From: Balanoglossus misakiensis
Lineage: Eukaryota > Animalia > Hemichordata
Direction of reading: 5' to 3'
Assembly (NCBI GenBank): GCA_040954595.2
Contig: CM082596.2
Coordinates: 653,468-717,467 of the forward strand
DNA: 64,000 bases
The first letter of the stretch is position 1; the number at the start of each line of letters is the position of its first letter. Shown here in pieces: positions 1 through 14,815 of this stretch. The notes under the pieces are model-generated. The model ran no database searches, was not told where the DNA came from, and saw only the letters and a list, made by a program, of their open reading frames with translations. The position numbers and the translations under genes were made by a program.

Positions 1-861
1 CCTCAAGCAAAATGTCCACATGCAAAACTCCACTCACCAAATTACAATTTTGTTGACCAGCCAGGTGTTCTTATTGTTATGTAAATGTCTTACCCTGGCT
101 CTACACTGTGACAATCTGAGAGGTTTCCAGCAATTGGATAAAAACAGTAGTAAGAGAAGTTGCGAGCGTTAGGGGCGCTTTTGGAAAAAGGTGACTACTG
201 GACCAAGTCTTGTCATCTGGGAGCGCTCTTTACACTGATATGTATGTATAATGATTGATTAAAGCAAGTTTATAAAAGCAGCACACTTGTACGGTATTAT
301 ACATTTTCTACAAATTCCAATCTCTGTACATTTCCCATGACAGATGTAGCAAGATTGTGCTTTATTAGCTGATTTATTTCTTTGGTACCATTTATGTTTG
401 GATGCTACGTAAAATAAATAAACATTATGTAGTTATTATTAAATAACTATAGAAAAATAATACATAACTATTTTACTCATAAGCAGATACTATTGACACT
501 GCGAGTTCGGTAAATGTGGCATGATAAACGGTTTAACGCGTACACATGTTGAACACTTGTGAAGTGTTGACACATCGTTACAGATTTTGGCGACAAAACT
601 AACAGTTGCATCTGAGTGCATTATTGTCAGAGGACCGTTGCCTGGTGATTGTATGTTCAACGACCATTGACGTCTCGTAAATTCTTACAGGGTACTATAA
701 ACACAACGTGTACAGTGCCTGTCTGGGTCAACTCAAATTTGCAATGGTAGGCCAAACACACCAATATGTGTATACGTATAGAGGCTACCAACTCATACAA
801 AGACAAATGCTTACATTACACAACATAGAATAATTTCTAAATGAATGAAACTAAGATCAGC

Positions 862-890
862 ACTAGAATCAGTGCCGAGTGCGCACTCGC
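862..890 (-). mobile_element. Helitron-like 3' terminus (palindrome followed by CTAG|T)
   Basis: Perfect 14-bp palindrome CGAGTGCGCACTCG (876-889), followed on the minus strand by 9 nt and CTAG-T. Confidence 0.4.
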
Positions 891-1260
891 AGTCTTGCTC
901 AATGTGTACTGCATTAATATATGAAACTGTAATGATATATATTCATACTGTTATCTCATGACAGTTAAACACAAACATAAACATGGTGGACAACGTCGTT
1001 ATGACAGATATTCGTTTGAGTTCGCCGAACAAATCGGATTCTCGGCTGTGTAGCAGGACAGTCAGGTATTCTCAGACAGGTAGTGCAACAGTTGTTGTAA
1101 TAATTGTCACATGTACATTCGAGCGAGCGATTTATTCCTCGAGATCGTGACCTCATGTCAGGTATTTGTCGACGATTAACGCCAGGACATAATTTCGTTG
1201 TCCAGATCAACAAATTTAACCGAACCAATTCTACTTAGCATCACGCCGTGCCGAGCATCT

Positions 1261-2259
1261 CTAATTCGACTCATCACAACAGCATTGGCACGTTAAAAGC
1301 CTTCTCATGGTCGCTCGAAATTCGGCGAGTCTCAGGGTGAAGATTGTTGGGCCAGAGCTGTAGACGGCAACCAGAAAAGTGACTGCGTAGAGAACAGTAT
1401 ACTCGTCAAGCAAAGACGGATTGAAGTATGCAATGTTAAGAAGGGTTATGAGAGGAAGCCAAACGATTACAAATATGATCATAGACAAATGAAAAAGTAT
1501 GGCAAGTTTTCTCTGAGTGTTTGCCGACTGAGCAGCGGAAACGCTGTCACCATTTCTGTTTATAACTGTCCTTTTCAATAAACGGATTAAAAGAGCCGCT
1601 ATGATATGTCCGAAGATGTGACAGGGGATCACAATAACGAACATAAAAACGCAAAAATGTCCGAGTGTTGGAACACCTAGAGGTGTACAGTGAAAATCAC
1701 TGTCATCTTGGTTGTCCTGGTAACTGTTAAATCCCATAGCTGGGACGAAACTGAAAACAATGACTATTACCCACATTACCATGGCGACGGCGATCGCTCG
1801 TTTTATCAGGTTAATTCTCACACTGTCGAAAGGCCGCCTGAACTGGAAATTGAGCATGATCACGAAGATTAGAGTAGCCGTGGCGATAGCAGAGAGGGAG
1901 AGAACCAGAAAGCAGTATGCTAACACACACTTCCAGTAGTTGTAGAATTCACTAGCGAGTAGAATGGACAGCAGTATAGGCACCGTGACAGCAGCAGACA
2001 AAATACAGGCAGCTTCCACATTCCCTTGAAGGTATCCACCAACATGACGTAGTTGTGGATTGACGACGAAGGCAATCAAAGAAAGAGTGCCGATGACGAG
2101 GTCGTACACGCAGATACATATGATGAGGACAGACAAGCCGATTCGGACTTCATGGGTGACGTCTGGCACTTGTGTCCCATTGGTGAAATTGTCACCATTT
2201 CCCAAGAAACTGGTGAAAATTCCGGCGTTGCCATCAACATCCTCTTTGGTGGCGACCAT
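1261..2259 (-). CDS. Orphan class A (rhodopsin-like) GPCR, intronless coding region, copy 1
   Basis: The 343-aa ORF starts at GTG 2292; the first ATG (MVATKED) is at 2259. It has seven hydrophobic segments, N-terminal N-glycosylation sequons (NFT, NGT), a TM3 Cys (WKCVL), an ECL2 Cys (FHCTPLGVPT), TM6 VWLP and a C-terminal CQCCC. Confidence 0.85.
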   Translation of the reverse strand: MVATKEDVDGNAGIFTSFLGNGDNFTNGTQVPDVTHEVRIGLSVLIICICVYDLVIGTLSLIAFVVNPQLRHVGGYLQGNVEAACILSAAVTVPILLSILLASEFYNYWKCVLAYCFLVLSLSAIATATLIFVIMLNFQFRRPFDSVRINLIKRAIAVAMVMWVIVIVFSFVPAMGFNSYQDNQDDSDFHCTPLGVPTLGHFCVFMFVIVIPCHIFGHIIAALLIRLLKRTVINRNGDSVSAAQSANTQRKLAILFHLSMIIFVIVWLPLITLLNIAYFNPSLLDEYTVLYAVTFLVAVYSSGPTIFTLRLAEFRATMRRLLTCQCCCDESN

Positions 2260-4221
2260 ATTCTTCGTGTGCTTGATATTTTCACGGGTCACACTTTAAA
2301 GACGCCTGACCTCAACGACTGGCGTACTTGCAAGGTGCCATGAAGTTTAATCGACAGTTGTTACAGTCACTTGCTAGGCATTAAATCACGCCAGTAGGTG
2401 AGTGCCCGTATGCTGTCAGGGGGCAACAAGTGTAAGCTTGCCAATCATACGGGACAAATACTGATGATATAACCTCATTATGCAAATTCAGATAGGCCTA
2501 ATGGTGTTCTAGCCAACGAAATAACTCCATCATAAGTCATCTATATCAACAAAAGCATTGCCTTTTCAATATTTAGCCCTGTGTTTTAAAATATCAGCAT
2601 TCACAGAATGCTAGGGACACTACACAACCAGACACCACCGTTGATATCAACCATAGACCCTGGAGTGAAACACCTGCCTGGCATCAACCTTGAATGACAA
2701 ACATGTGTTTATCTTCATGTATAAAATGTGTTAACACGTACTTTCCCCAATAGCTTGCTATGATGATTATACAGCTTACACAGAAAGAAGACTGAAGTGT
2801 ACAAATGCTAAGTTACTGTTTTTCAACAATGCTTTGAATCACAAATATTTGGAAAGGTGGCTCCTTTCTGGTTGCCTGGTAACGTTGCCAAATGATGATT
2901 TTGATTCACGCGAATTAATAACGTTGAACGATCGTAACATCTCCAAAGTGCAGGTGGATGTACCTCCATGAGACTAAATACACAGCGTTCATGGTTACAT
3001 GTACCAAACAATTACAAGTTTGGTCACCTTAGAAACCACCGATTGGTTCAAAATCTGAAGTACCCAGCAAATGAATTACAGCAATAACAGCAAAATGTAT
3101 GTAATAATTTCCAGACAAATATACAAAAGAAAAACTCAAACGATACCACATTCACAAAAAGATATATCCACAATATTTCTTTTCTGAGCATATCTCAGTT
3201 CACTTCATTTTTGATCTTTGACAGGATTAAAATAACTGAACCGAATAAAGACATTAATCAAATAGTTGGAATATTTATTAAACTATTTCTGGATTTCGCT
3301 CACAGCTATCAGGTCATGTGGGTGAACAACTAACTGTAAACGTTCAATAAATATACACCACATTTTTGATCTCTTTTCTAGAGTGAGCAATGCAGTTCTG
3401 TGTTCTTGTTTGTTTCCATTACACGAACAAAAATCCTACGTGCTGCCTGTCATCTTTTATATTCTAACAGCCATTACAAGCTGACAAGCAAAGGAATAAT
3501 TGATTGTGCCACTGCATGTGTACCCAACTCGAATCAAGCGTCTTATATTTCAAATCCGAGAGTTGCCAAGTCACATCTACTGTTTGCCTTTGACTAACAC
3601 AAAAGAAAGTAATTACTATTCACGGGCATCCAATGGCAGCAGAGCATGAGAACAGTGTTGTAAATCTTCAGTCACGAAATTCAATTTCGTTCTTTCCTGT
3701 GGGCATATAAGCTATTCGATATGCTGACTTATACATGCATGCTTTCAGAATAAGAATGCTTCCCTGCTGATTTCGGTCAATATATTTTGATATAATTCAT
3801 GGTTTAGAAATACGTTACCCGCAGAATTACGCTGGATTACATTACCGAGGAAAATAAATATACATTAAAAATGTGGTGTCGAATTCTGACATTTTAAACC
3901 ATATGTTAAAGCAGAATGCCACACAATGACAGTGTCTAACGATAGTGACATTTGTTGCAATGACAATTAATTAAGACAATAAATGGAAAGACTTCTGTAA
4001 ACAAAGAGCACATTTCTCAAATTGTAAATTAATCTCGATAATGATGTAATCTTATTATCCCACCCTTTGTTCTCATCTCCATGGAAACTGTCTCATTGTT
4101 CCAATTTAATGTTGTCTATGATGTACTTTATATATAGTAGTTGTATACCCCAATCATTAAGCATTTAATTGTAAGGTAACTATACCCACAGCGAATAACC
4201 ATGTAGACTGTTAGCCACAGT

Positions 4222-5175
4222 TCACACTCGGTTGTCTTTGCATTTACAGGAGCAGACCATTCGACGTATCACGCGTCTATTCTCTTCTAATCTCAAGCAA
4301 TATGCCAATGATCCGACAGGACACACAATACCAAGGACAAGTGTTAACACTTTGAGAATCAAGTCCAGATCGACGCATTCGCTGCAAAAGTACACAAGAC
4401 TGGCCGTGACAAAGATAGGCACCCATCCAAAGACCAGAATGCAAAGAATGAGAACCAATGTAGCTGTGTTTCTGACAGATTTTCCCTGAATTACAGAGTT
4501 ACATGGTAATGGTGCTTTGTAGGTGGCGTTGATTTGCCTGATGACTTTTCTGATTTCCAGGTGTGCTTTGAAGTAGATGGTGTAACTGACTGTGAGAAGG
4601 GGGACCAAGAGAAAGTACATCAACAACACAAAGTAGACTGTGGTTGGCACCAACAGTGGAAAACAAAGGAAGTCATCCTCATGGCGAATCTGCCAGTAGC
4701 TGTTCCATGGAGTAGCGGGAATGAAGGACAGTACCGCGCTGGATATCCAGGACGCCACTGAAGCTATACAAAACCGCCTTGTGGTCACATCCAGCGACGC
4801 TTTGAAGGGATGCATAACCTGGTAGAAAACACATACTGCTGACAAAAGAATGTTGAATGCAAAACTTGTAAAGGTGAAGATAATGAAAGAGTTGACAACA
4901 ACGCAGGCGGTATAGTTCTGGAAACTTTCAGGTGATCGAAGCATGGCGGTCAACAAAGGTACCGTGACAGTTCCCGTTAGAAGAGTGGATCCCAACACAC
5001 TGACGTGAATGTACTTCGTTGTTGGGTAAAGCCGTCGATTGAAAATAACAGCAGTTGTTGCAACCATGCCACCAATTAAAGTCAAAAGACTTGTCAACAA
5101 CAGGAAAACAGTGGCGGGAATGGAGAGTGGAGAAACCGGAATGACTGTACAATTGGAAGCAAAGATTGCTGCCAT
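4222..5175 (-). CDS. Orphan class A GPCR, intronless coding region, copy 2
   Basis: 7TM ORF with a likely ATG at 5175 (MAAIFASNCT), just after a minus-strand acceptor (tatctttcag). Motifs: SFQNYTACVV, HPF, FLCFPLLVPT, GWVP and C-terminal CSCKCK. Clear paralog of its neighbours. Confidence 0.85.
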   Translation of the reverse strand: MAAIFASNCTVIPVSPLSIPATVFLLLTSLLTLIGGMVATTAVIFNRRLYPTTKYIHVSVLGSTLLTGTVTVPLLTAMLRSPESFQNYTACVVVNSFIIFTFTSFAFNILLSAVCVFYQVMHPFKASLDVTTRRFCIASVASWISSAVLSFIPATPWNSYWQIRHEDDFLCFPLLVPTTVYFVLLMYFLLVPLLTVSYTIYFKAHLEIRKVIRQINATYKAPLPCNSVIQGKSVRNTATLVLILCILVFGWVPIFVTASLVYFCSECVDLDLILKVLTLVLGIVCPVGSLAYCLRLEENRRVIRRMVCSCKCKDNRV

Positions 5176-6998
5176 TACAAACTGAAAGATACAATAACTT
5201 AATTTCACCCAGGTAGCTTGAGGTAATCTAAAATTTATGGATGCAAATGTTGAATAAAAACCATTAAAATGCTATTAGATGGAGCAATACTTAACAATAT
5301 GAAAATTAGACAAACCAATTATTGATCACATGGACATTCAAGATAGCTTCTCTGCAGATTTTTCTCAGCGGTGTTTGTTCAGAGACAGATGAACTACCCT
5401 TATCACTTCTTGACGTGAAATCGATTGATTCAGTGTTAGTTCAGACTGTTGCAAAACATTCAAACACTCCGCCAAATGGTGGCATATATGTGTTAACGCA
5501 ACAAACACAAACATATGAAGTTATCTAGTACAGTTCATGGAGCCAGGTTAATTTGTAGGAGACATTATTTCTTGGTTCACCACACTGAATAAATTACATT
5601 GAGATCATGATCACTTCACACTAAATTTCAAGCATCAGGATGAGCCATTTCTTAGAAGACTTTGACAAAAATAACTACAAGATACAAATTTGAAGACTTT
5701 TCCACAAATTGAACCAAAACACAGTATGACTGACACACCAAAACAGACAGATAAAAGATAACGACAGACAATCTGCCAATGTAATAAGCTCCGAGGGGCT
5801 AATGGCAGCACTTAGGATCGCCATGACATTTGTGAATGTTACAAAGTAAAATGATGGTCACGTGACTGAAAGCTTTGTATAGCCAGGCTGACACACACAG
5901 CCAACGGCGGAATAGGTCAACAAACATAATGGTATGATCTCAGAAATCAATGTTAACATATAATCACTCACTGATTTATTACTTTAATATAATAAGTCAG
6001 TCCTATAAAGCATGAATCTCTCTAATAAGTAATTGCACACTGATGTATTATTCCTGATATAAAAAGCATGTAAAAACCTTAATGGAACAAATAAAAGTTC
6101 AAAGACAAGCGCTTTACTTTGCTATTGTGTTACCTTCTATCATTAGATAGAGCGACGGGGTGCAATGTATTAGTAAAGATCATTTGTATGTATCTTGTCA
6201 TATTAAAGGTGAGTGACGTCGCTTTGAGTCGCGCCAGTCCCTTCGTGTTGAAGCACGCTGCGTTTACAGGATCATCGCTCAATGGTTATCGGCATTTTAT
6301 GCAATGACGTCACGCCACACTTCTCCCTCTCTGCCTCGATTTTACTGAAAGATCAGGATGTTACGTGCTAACAGTCACTTTGTGTCCCGTGTTTGCTAAA
6401 CATCTTCTGTGGACGCTTGTGGTGAGTATGGTTATGAAACAAACAATGAAATCAAAATGATTAATGCAGTAGACACAAAGAAAGATGTTGCTGGGAATTC
6501 TCAAACCAAGCTAGATAATATTTCCATGTTTTACAAAAGACTGACTTAAAGGCGTGTTAATTCTGTACTTTAGTGTGAAGATGACTGTCTGGTTGAGGAT
6601 GTTTATCCAGAATGTATTAGATTTGCTTAATGTGTATCAACCTCCTCCAAAAGAAATCAGCATCTTGTTGATGTTTTGGATTCCACAAGAGAGGACATGC
6701 TAATAATTAATGTGTTTATGCCTGCAATGGCGGTTCTAATCGACTGTTCAACTGTATTTCAATTTTATTACTTTCTTGTTCCCTTGAACCATTATACTAG
6801 ATTAATGGCCATAGAGTAGTCTGAATAACATCAATTATTCGAGGGGGATAAACTGTATCTTCACCATGGCCAACTGTTTTTGACTTGTTTTCCCTGTAGA
6901 TGGTTTTGATGAGATTGTCCTACACAAGTGAATTCTTGGTGTCCACGTAGAGCACGGTTGCTGGAGAGACACTGTTTGTGGTCCTCACCATTTCAATC

Positions 6999-7940
6999 AT
7001 GCCGGTGCCAACTTTACATATCGGAGGAACAGTCATCTATGCTTTTCTTTGCGTAGCAGTAGCGGGATGTAGTCTGCTCATTCTTGTTGCAACAACCGTC
7101 AATAAGAGCAATCGGTCACTGCTGCAGTTTCTCTCCGCTCAAACTTTGTGTTCAAGTGTGGTTATCTCAATATTTACAGTCCCCGTTCTGATATGGATGT
7201 TGAATGTTCCGGCTAGCCATCAGAGTTACCAAGCCTGTGTCACTGCCGCCGGAGTGTCTGTGTTTTCCTTCACAGCCTGGGCATTCCATGTTCTGAACCT
7301 GGTCACTCATGCTCATTTGCATGTATTCTTCCCATTTCGGGCCGAATCAGACTTTGCCGTCAGGAAATTTTATGTGGCGTCTGCCCTAATATGGCTATAT
7401 GCTCTTCTGGCCGGGGCTTTGCCATTTGTGTGGAATAATTACAGTGATCGACAACACATGGATGGATTTCTCTGTTCACCACTGAATGTCCCAACGAAAG
7501 TCTACTTCATCGTGCAATATTATGGACTTATTCTGCCAACTATCTTGATAACATACACACTCGGGGTCAGGGTTATTTGGAAAGCGAGAGCGAGTGCACG
7601 ACAGATACAAGCATTGGAAGAGGCTGGACGTCGCGTCAATCAAACCCCAGAAGGAGATAATTCCAGACCGAAAAAGAATGTAACACATGTTTATGTTATG
7701 TTTTTGTTGGCGTTAGATATGCTCATTGGGGGATGGTTTCCAGTCCTTGCTATCTTGACGATCGTCTATTTTTACCCATCCACCGCTAATTTGGAAGTCT
7801 GTGCTGTTTTATATCCCTTGTCTTTTATTTTTATCGCCATCGGCCCCGTTGCACATTCACTGCGACAACAAGAAGTGTTGAGATCAATTAAAGCCCTTTT
7901 CAAATGTCAGTGTAAAAGCACTAACACTGTCAGTGTTTAA
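6999..7940 (+). CDS. Orphan class A GPCR, intronless coding region, copy 3
   Basis: 7TM ORF. An in-frame TAG at 6948 makes ATG 6999 (MPVPTLHIGG) the likely start. Motifs: SHQSYQACV, FPF, FLCSPLNVPT, GWFP, GPVAH, CQCK. A candidate 5'UTR intron runs 6422-6899. Confidence 0.85.
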   Translation: MPVPTLHIGGTVIYAFLCVAVAGCSLLILVATTVNKSNRSLLQFLSAQTLCSSVVISIFTVPVLIWMLNVPASHQSYQACVTAAGVSVFSFTAWAFHVLNLVTHAHLHVFFPFRAESDFAVRKFYVASALIWLYALLAGALPFVWNNYSDRQHMDGFLCSPLNVPTKVYFIVQYYGLILPTILITYTLGVRVIWKARASARQIQALEEAGRRVNQTPEGDNSRPKKNVTHVYVMFLLALDMLIGGWFPVLAILTIVYFYPSTANLEVCAVLYPLSFIFIAIGPVAHSLRQQEVLRSIKALFKCQCKSTNTVSV

Positions 7941-9164
7941 TCTGATGTGGCCAGAATCGAAATATGCTTTCACAGACTTCCGGTGTTTTAAAAATAATTT
8001 CCTGAGACACTGGTAAATTATTCAATCTAGATTAACTTGAGTAAATTAAAATGTCACAGAAACTGTGGGCTTAAAAACAGCAGGAGAGACAATAAAGTTT
8101 AAAATAGAGACATTTTACTGACACTAGAATCAGACAGACAGGCAAAAATAGCCTACATTCTATACAATGTAAAAGTCCCAACAGGCTTTGTGTGATTACA
8201 TTTCTACTCTACTGGAAATACAACACTTCACAATTCAAGTGTTAATACTAACGAATTCGTCTTCTTTCTGCTCGTTGCTCCACAACGTCTGTTATTTTCA
8301 ATGTTACCTATCAAGATCCATCAGTTAATAGGATCACTAATTAGGTTGTTTGTAATGAACATAACTGAAATGCACATTCTAACAATGTTTGTATATCAGG
8401 TTAAGACCTTGTAAAAGACTGTGACGTTTGACTCGTTTCTTGGAGATAATGAAATGTGAAACATTGAAAATACACTTTGTGATGGTTGCAATGCTGTCAA
8501 TGGCACGTAAAGCTTACAAAACACCTTTGATATGTTTTTCATTGTTTGCTGTTCTTTACAATTGACTTTAACGACCAACAGGGAGGTCACGATGTACATG
8601 CTAATGGACTCGGTCTTCAAATTGATGTTTGAAATTAAATACAACGATTGTCTGACTGTGCCATAAAATTGTGAATGATGGCACAAAGCACAATATGAGT
8701 TCAGTATAGGGTTACATTGCGGACACTATATGTGTCTCTTCAATACAACATAATTAATAACACCGCTGCCATCAAAACACTGTACATAATACGTATTTCA
8801 AGCCATGTTAATAGCAGCAACATTGTTTGCGTTCAACGGTGACAATCAATCAGTGGATGTACATTGACAGTTGAGAATGAATCACTGAGTCTTTTTTCTG
8901 CAATGCCTGTGGATCTATAGAGTGCCATCATTCCCAACACAGCCCCCTGGGGGTCTGGCAGTTGCCATGGGAACCTCTGCATTTGCGGACAACGTCAAAG
9001 GCATCCGTCTACGTGGCTAGGAGAGTTAAGCATGTTTGATCAAAATGATCAGATTTAAGAATACGAATATCTCAGTGAGATATAGATTATCTCATCAAAC
9101 ATTACCGTGAATTTCAGATCTGTGTGCCGTGGAAAGAATGCAGTTTTTCTGTTCGTGATAATTT

Positions 9165-10202
9165 TCATTTAATATGGTCACTCAGAGTCGCCACTCGATT
9201 GTTTCTTCTGTGAATCCTCAAGTGAATTTTCATGATAGTTTTCCGCCAACAATTTGCAGGGCTGAGGTAATATTGTATCGACTGGCGATGTTTCCGAACT
9301 CTCAATGTGTGGATTGGGGGACCAATAGCAGCCAGAGTCAAACAAACAGTAACCAAGGCCTGGCAGTAGAAATAATTCACCAGATCATCTCCAAAATACA
9401 TGAAATTCAGTATGATAATTACTGGTATCCAGGCAACAAGCAGCAGATGTACCATAAGGACAAAGAAAACTTTGTACCTGGACAGAGTTTGACCGTTGAG
9501 GACGCCATTCTCGCGAAATGTCCCACTACTGCGCAAGCTCCGAACTTCTCTTGTTTTCTTGTGCGCCTTCCAAAGTATTATAAAGGCAATGCCATATTGT
9601 ATAGCCAGAACCGGAATCAGAACTATGTCAACAGTGGCGAAAAAATAGGGTAGAGTTGCTATTGTGAGTGGATTGCAAGTGAATTCTTGGTGGTCTTGTT
9701 CCAACCTGTACTGGTTCCATCCAATAGGCACCAGGCTTCCTACCAGAGAAATCAACCAAACAGTTGCCACAGCAATGAAAGTTGCACGCGTCGTCTTGTT
9801 GAGAAACGATTTGACAGGGTGTGTGATCTTGTAATGCGAACAAGACACCGAGACGAGTAAGTTCAGAACATAACTGATGAATGTAAAAATACATAAACAT
9901 CCCACAAGCAAACAGGCGGCGTAACTTCTGAAAGAGTCCGGGTACGTCAGCATAGATGTGAGCATCACACAGCAAAGAGACATTAACAATCCAGAACTTA
10001 ACAGACTGAGATCGTTCACGTAGGACACACTACGCTGGTGTTTTTCTAACAAGACTGATGCGAAACATATTAGTCCAAATATAGTGGATATGATGCAGAT
10101 GATTAAGAGGCAGATGCTGAATGATATCGGTAGAGACGGATCTTCCTCAATATCCCAAGTACTGTTTCCGTCACTGAGAAAGACAACTGAGAAAGATTCC
10201 AT
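9165..10202 (-). CDS. Orphan class A GPCR, intronless coding region, copy 4
   Basis: 345-aa ATG-started 7TM ORF with an NST sequon, SFRSYAACLL, HPV, FTCNPLTIAT, AWIP and GPPIH. Confidence 0.87.
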   Translation of the reverse strand: MESFSVVFLSDGNSTWDIEEDPSLPISFSICLLIICIISTIFGLICFASVLLEKHQRSVSYVNDLSLLSSGLLMSLCCVMLTSMLTYPDSFRSYAACLLVGCLCIFTFISYVLNLLVSVSCSHYKITHPVKSFLNKTTRATFIAVATVWLISLVGSLVPIGWNQYRLEQDHQEFTCNPLTIATLPYFFATVDIVLIPVLAIQYGIAFIILWKAHKKTREVRSLRSSGTFRENGVLNGQTLSRYKVFFVLMVHLLLVAWIPVIIILNFMYFGDDLVNYFYCQALVTVCLTLAAIGPPIHTLRVRKHRQSIQYYLSPANCWRKTIMKIHLRIHRRNNRVATLSDHIK

Positions 10203-10880
10203 TTGATCCCTGGCGAAATACTGCTGTCGATGATTATTTACATGAATTCAATAAGATCAGACGACAAGCGAGCATAATCGTACCTTTTCCCGTGTCTGTA
10301 TCGAAAACCGCTGGTGCAGTTGGCTGCAAACATTCGGATTTCAATCATTCAACGAGACTTAAATCAGCTTAGAATGCAACAGATGATATGTTTCGAGTGC
10401 GAAGCCAGCGTTCTTATGAAATGACCAAACTCCCAGCAATGACTTATGTTTCTTTCACGTGCATTTCATCTCGTGGTACATATTGACACATACTATGTGG
10501 TGATATGCTCCTCTCACAAGAAGAAAAAAAAACGGATATCCCGACGTCAACTATCTTCGAATTTTCCATGGAGAGGTTGGCCAACGCAGAGTACTGTACC
10601 ACGGATTGTTTGACAAGTTCTCAATAATTTGCACATGACTTGAAATATCAACAAAACTAGACCTAGTAAGTTTAAGTACGCGTCATTAAGTAAAAGCGCA
10701 GCGGATATGTCTGTTTAGATCGATGAGTGCGTTGTTGCTATGCGGGATGATTTACTGATTGGTCGGTTCTGATGAAGGGATAAGTATTTCACATTAATTT
10801 TGCGCAAACGATGTTGAAATTAACAGGAAGCAGTAAAGTGTGTGAGTCAAAGCAAATATCACGTGAATGGAACAATTCTG

Positions 10881-10935
10881 CGTGGCAGGGATGTATGTTG
10901 TTACCAGACACACATCCCTGCCACGTCGAGCTAGT
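10881..10935 (+). mobile_element. Strong hairpin followed by CTAG|T, possible Helitron/Helentron 3' end
   Basis: CGTGGCAGGGATGT...ACATCCCTGCCACG forms a 14-bp perfect stem (10881-10925), followed by TCGAG CTAG T. Confidence 0.4.
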
Positions 10936-11427
10936 AATTACAAGATCTTATTTATAGCCCTATTGGAAGTCAGTGACCTGGCTTATATTTAAAGATCTTT
11001 GCAAAAATCTATCTACGGTTTGGCAGGTTCTAATTGCCACAGTGCATTTTCATTGTAAGGTTTCAGGCATAAAATTACATTTTTGCGTATGTGGGGTGAC
11101 ATTTTCATTCAAATTAATCCTTGACCCACAATATTTTTCATAATTTTAATTGCAAAACGATGAACAAAAGCATTAATCACTTAGAAAGAGCATGGTTGAC
11201 TATAATATATGGGATCACGTGAAAGGATTATGCAAAATTTTCAATGTGTTTTTAACAAACAGAGCTGCGACGGTCATATGAGGTCACTGCCTTGGTCTGG
11301 TTTGTACATAATGCAATGAGGTTAATTATACAGTATGTAAATGAATGGGGTGATAGAAAAGGTTCAGTGAGGGCAGGTCATGTCAGGGACGCCATGAGCC
11401 TCAAGGACATATGTTGTGAAAACTAAT

Positions 11428-14815
<3,388 letters not shown>

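Noticed and set aside
9174-9653. Antisense or alternate-frame ORFs overlapping the GPCRs (e.g. 159 aa at 9174-9653)
   Set aside because: They are shadow ORFs of real coding sequence with no recognisable motifs.
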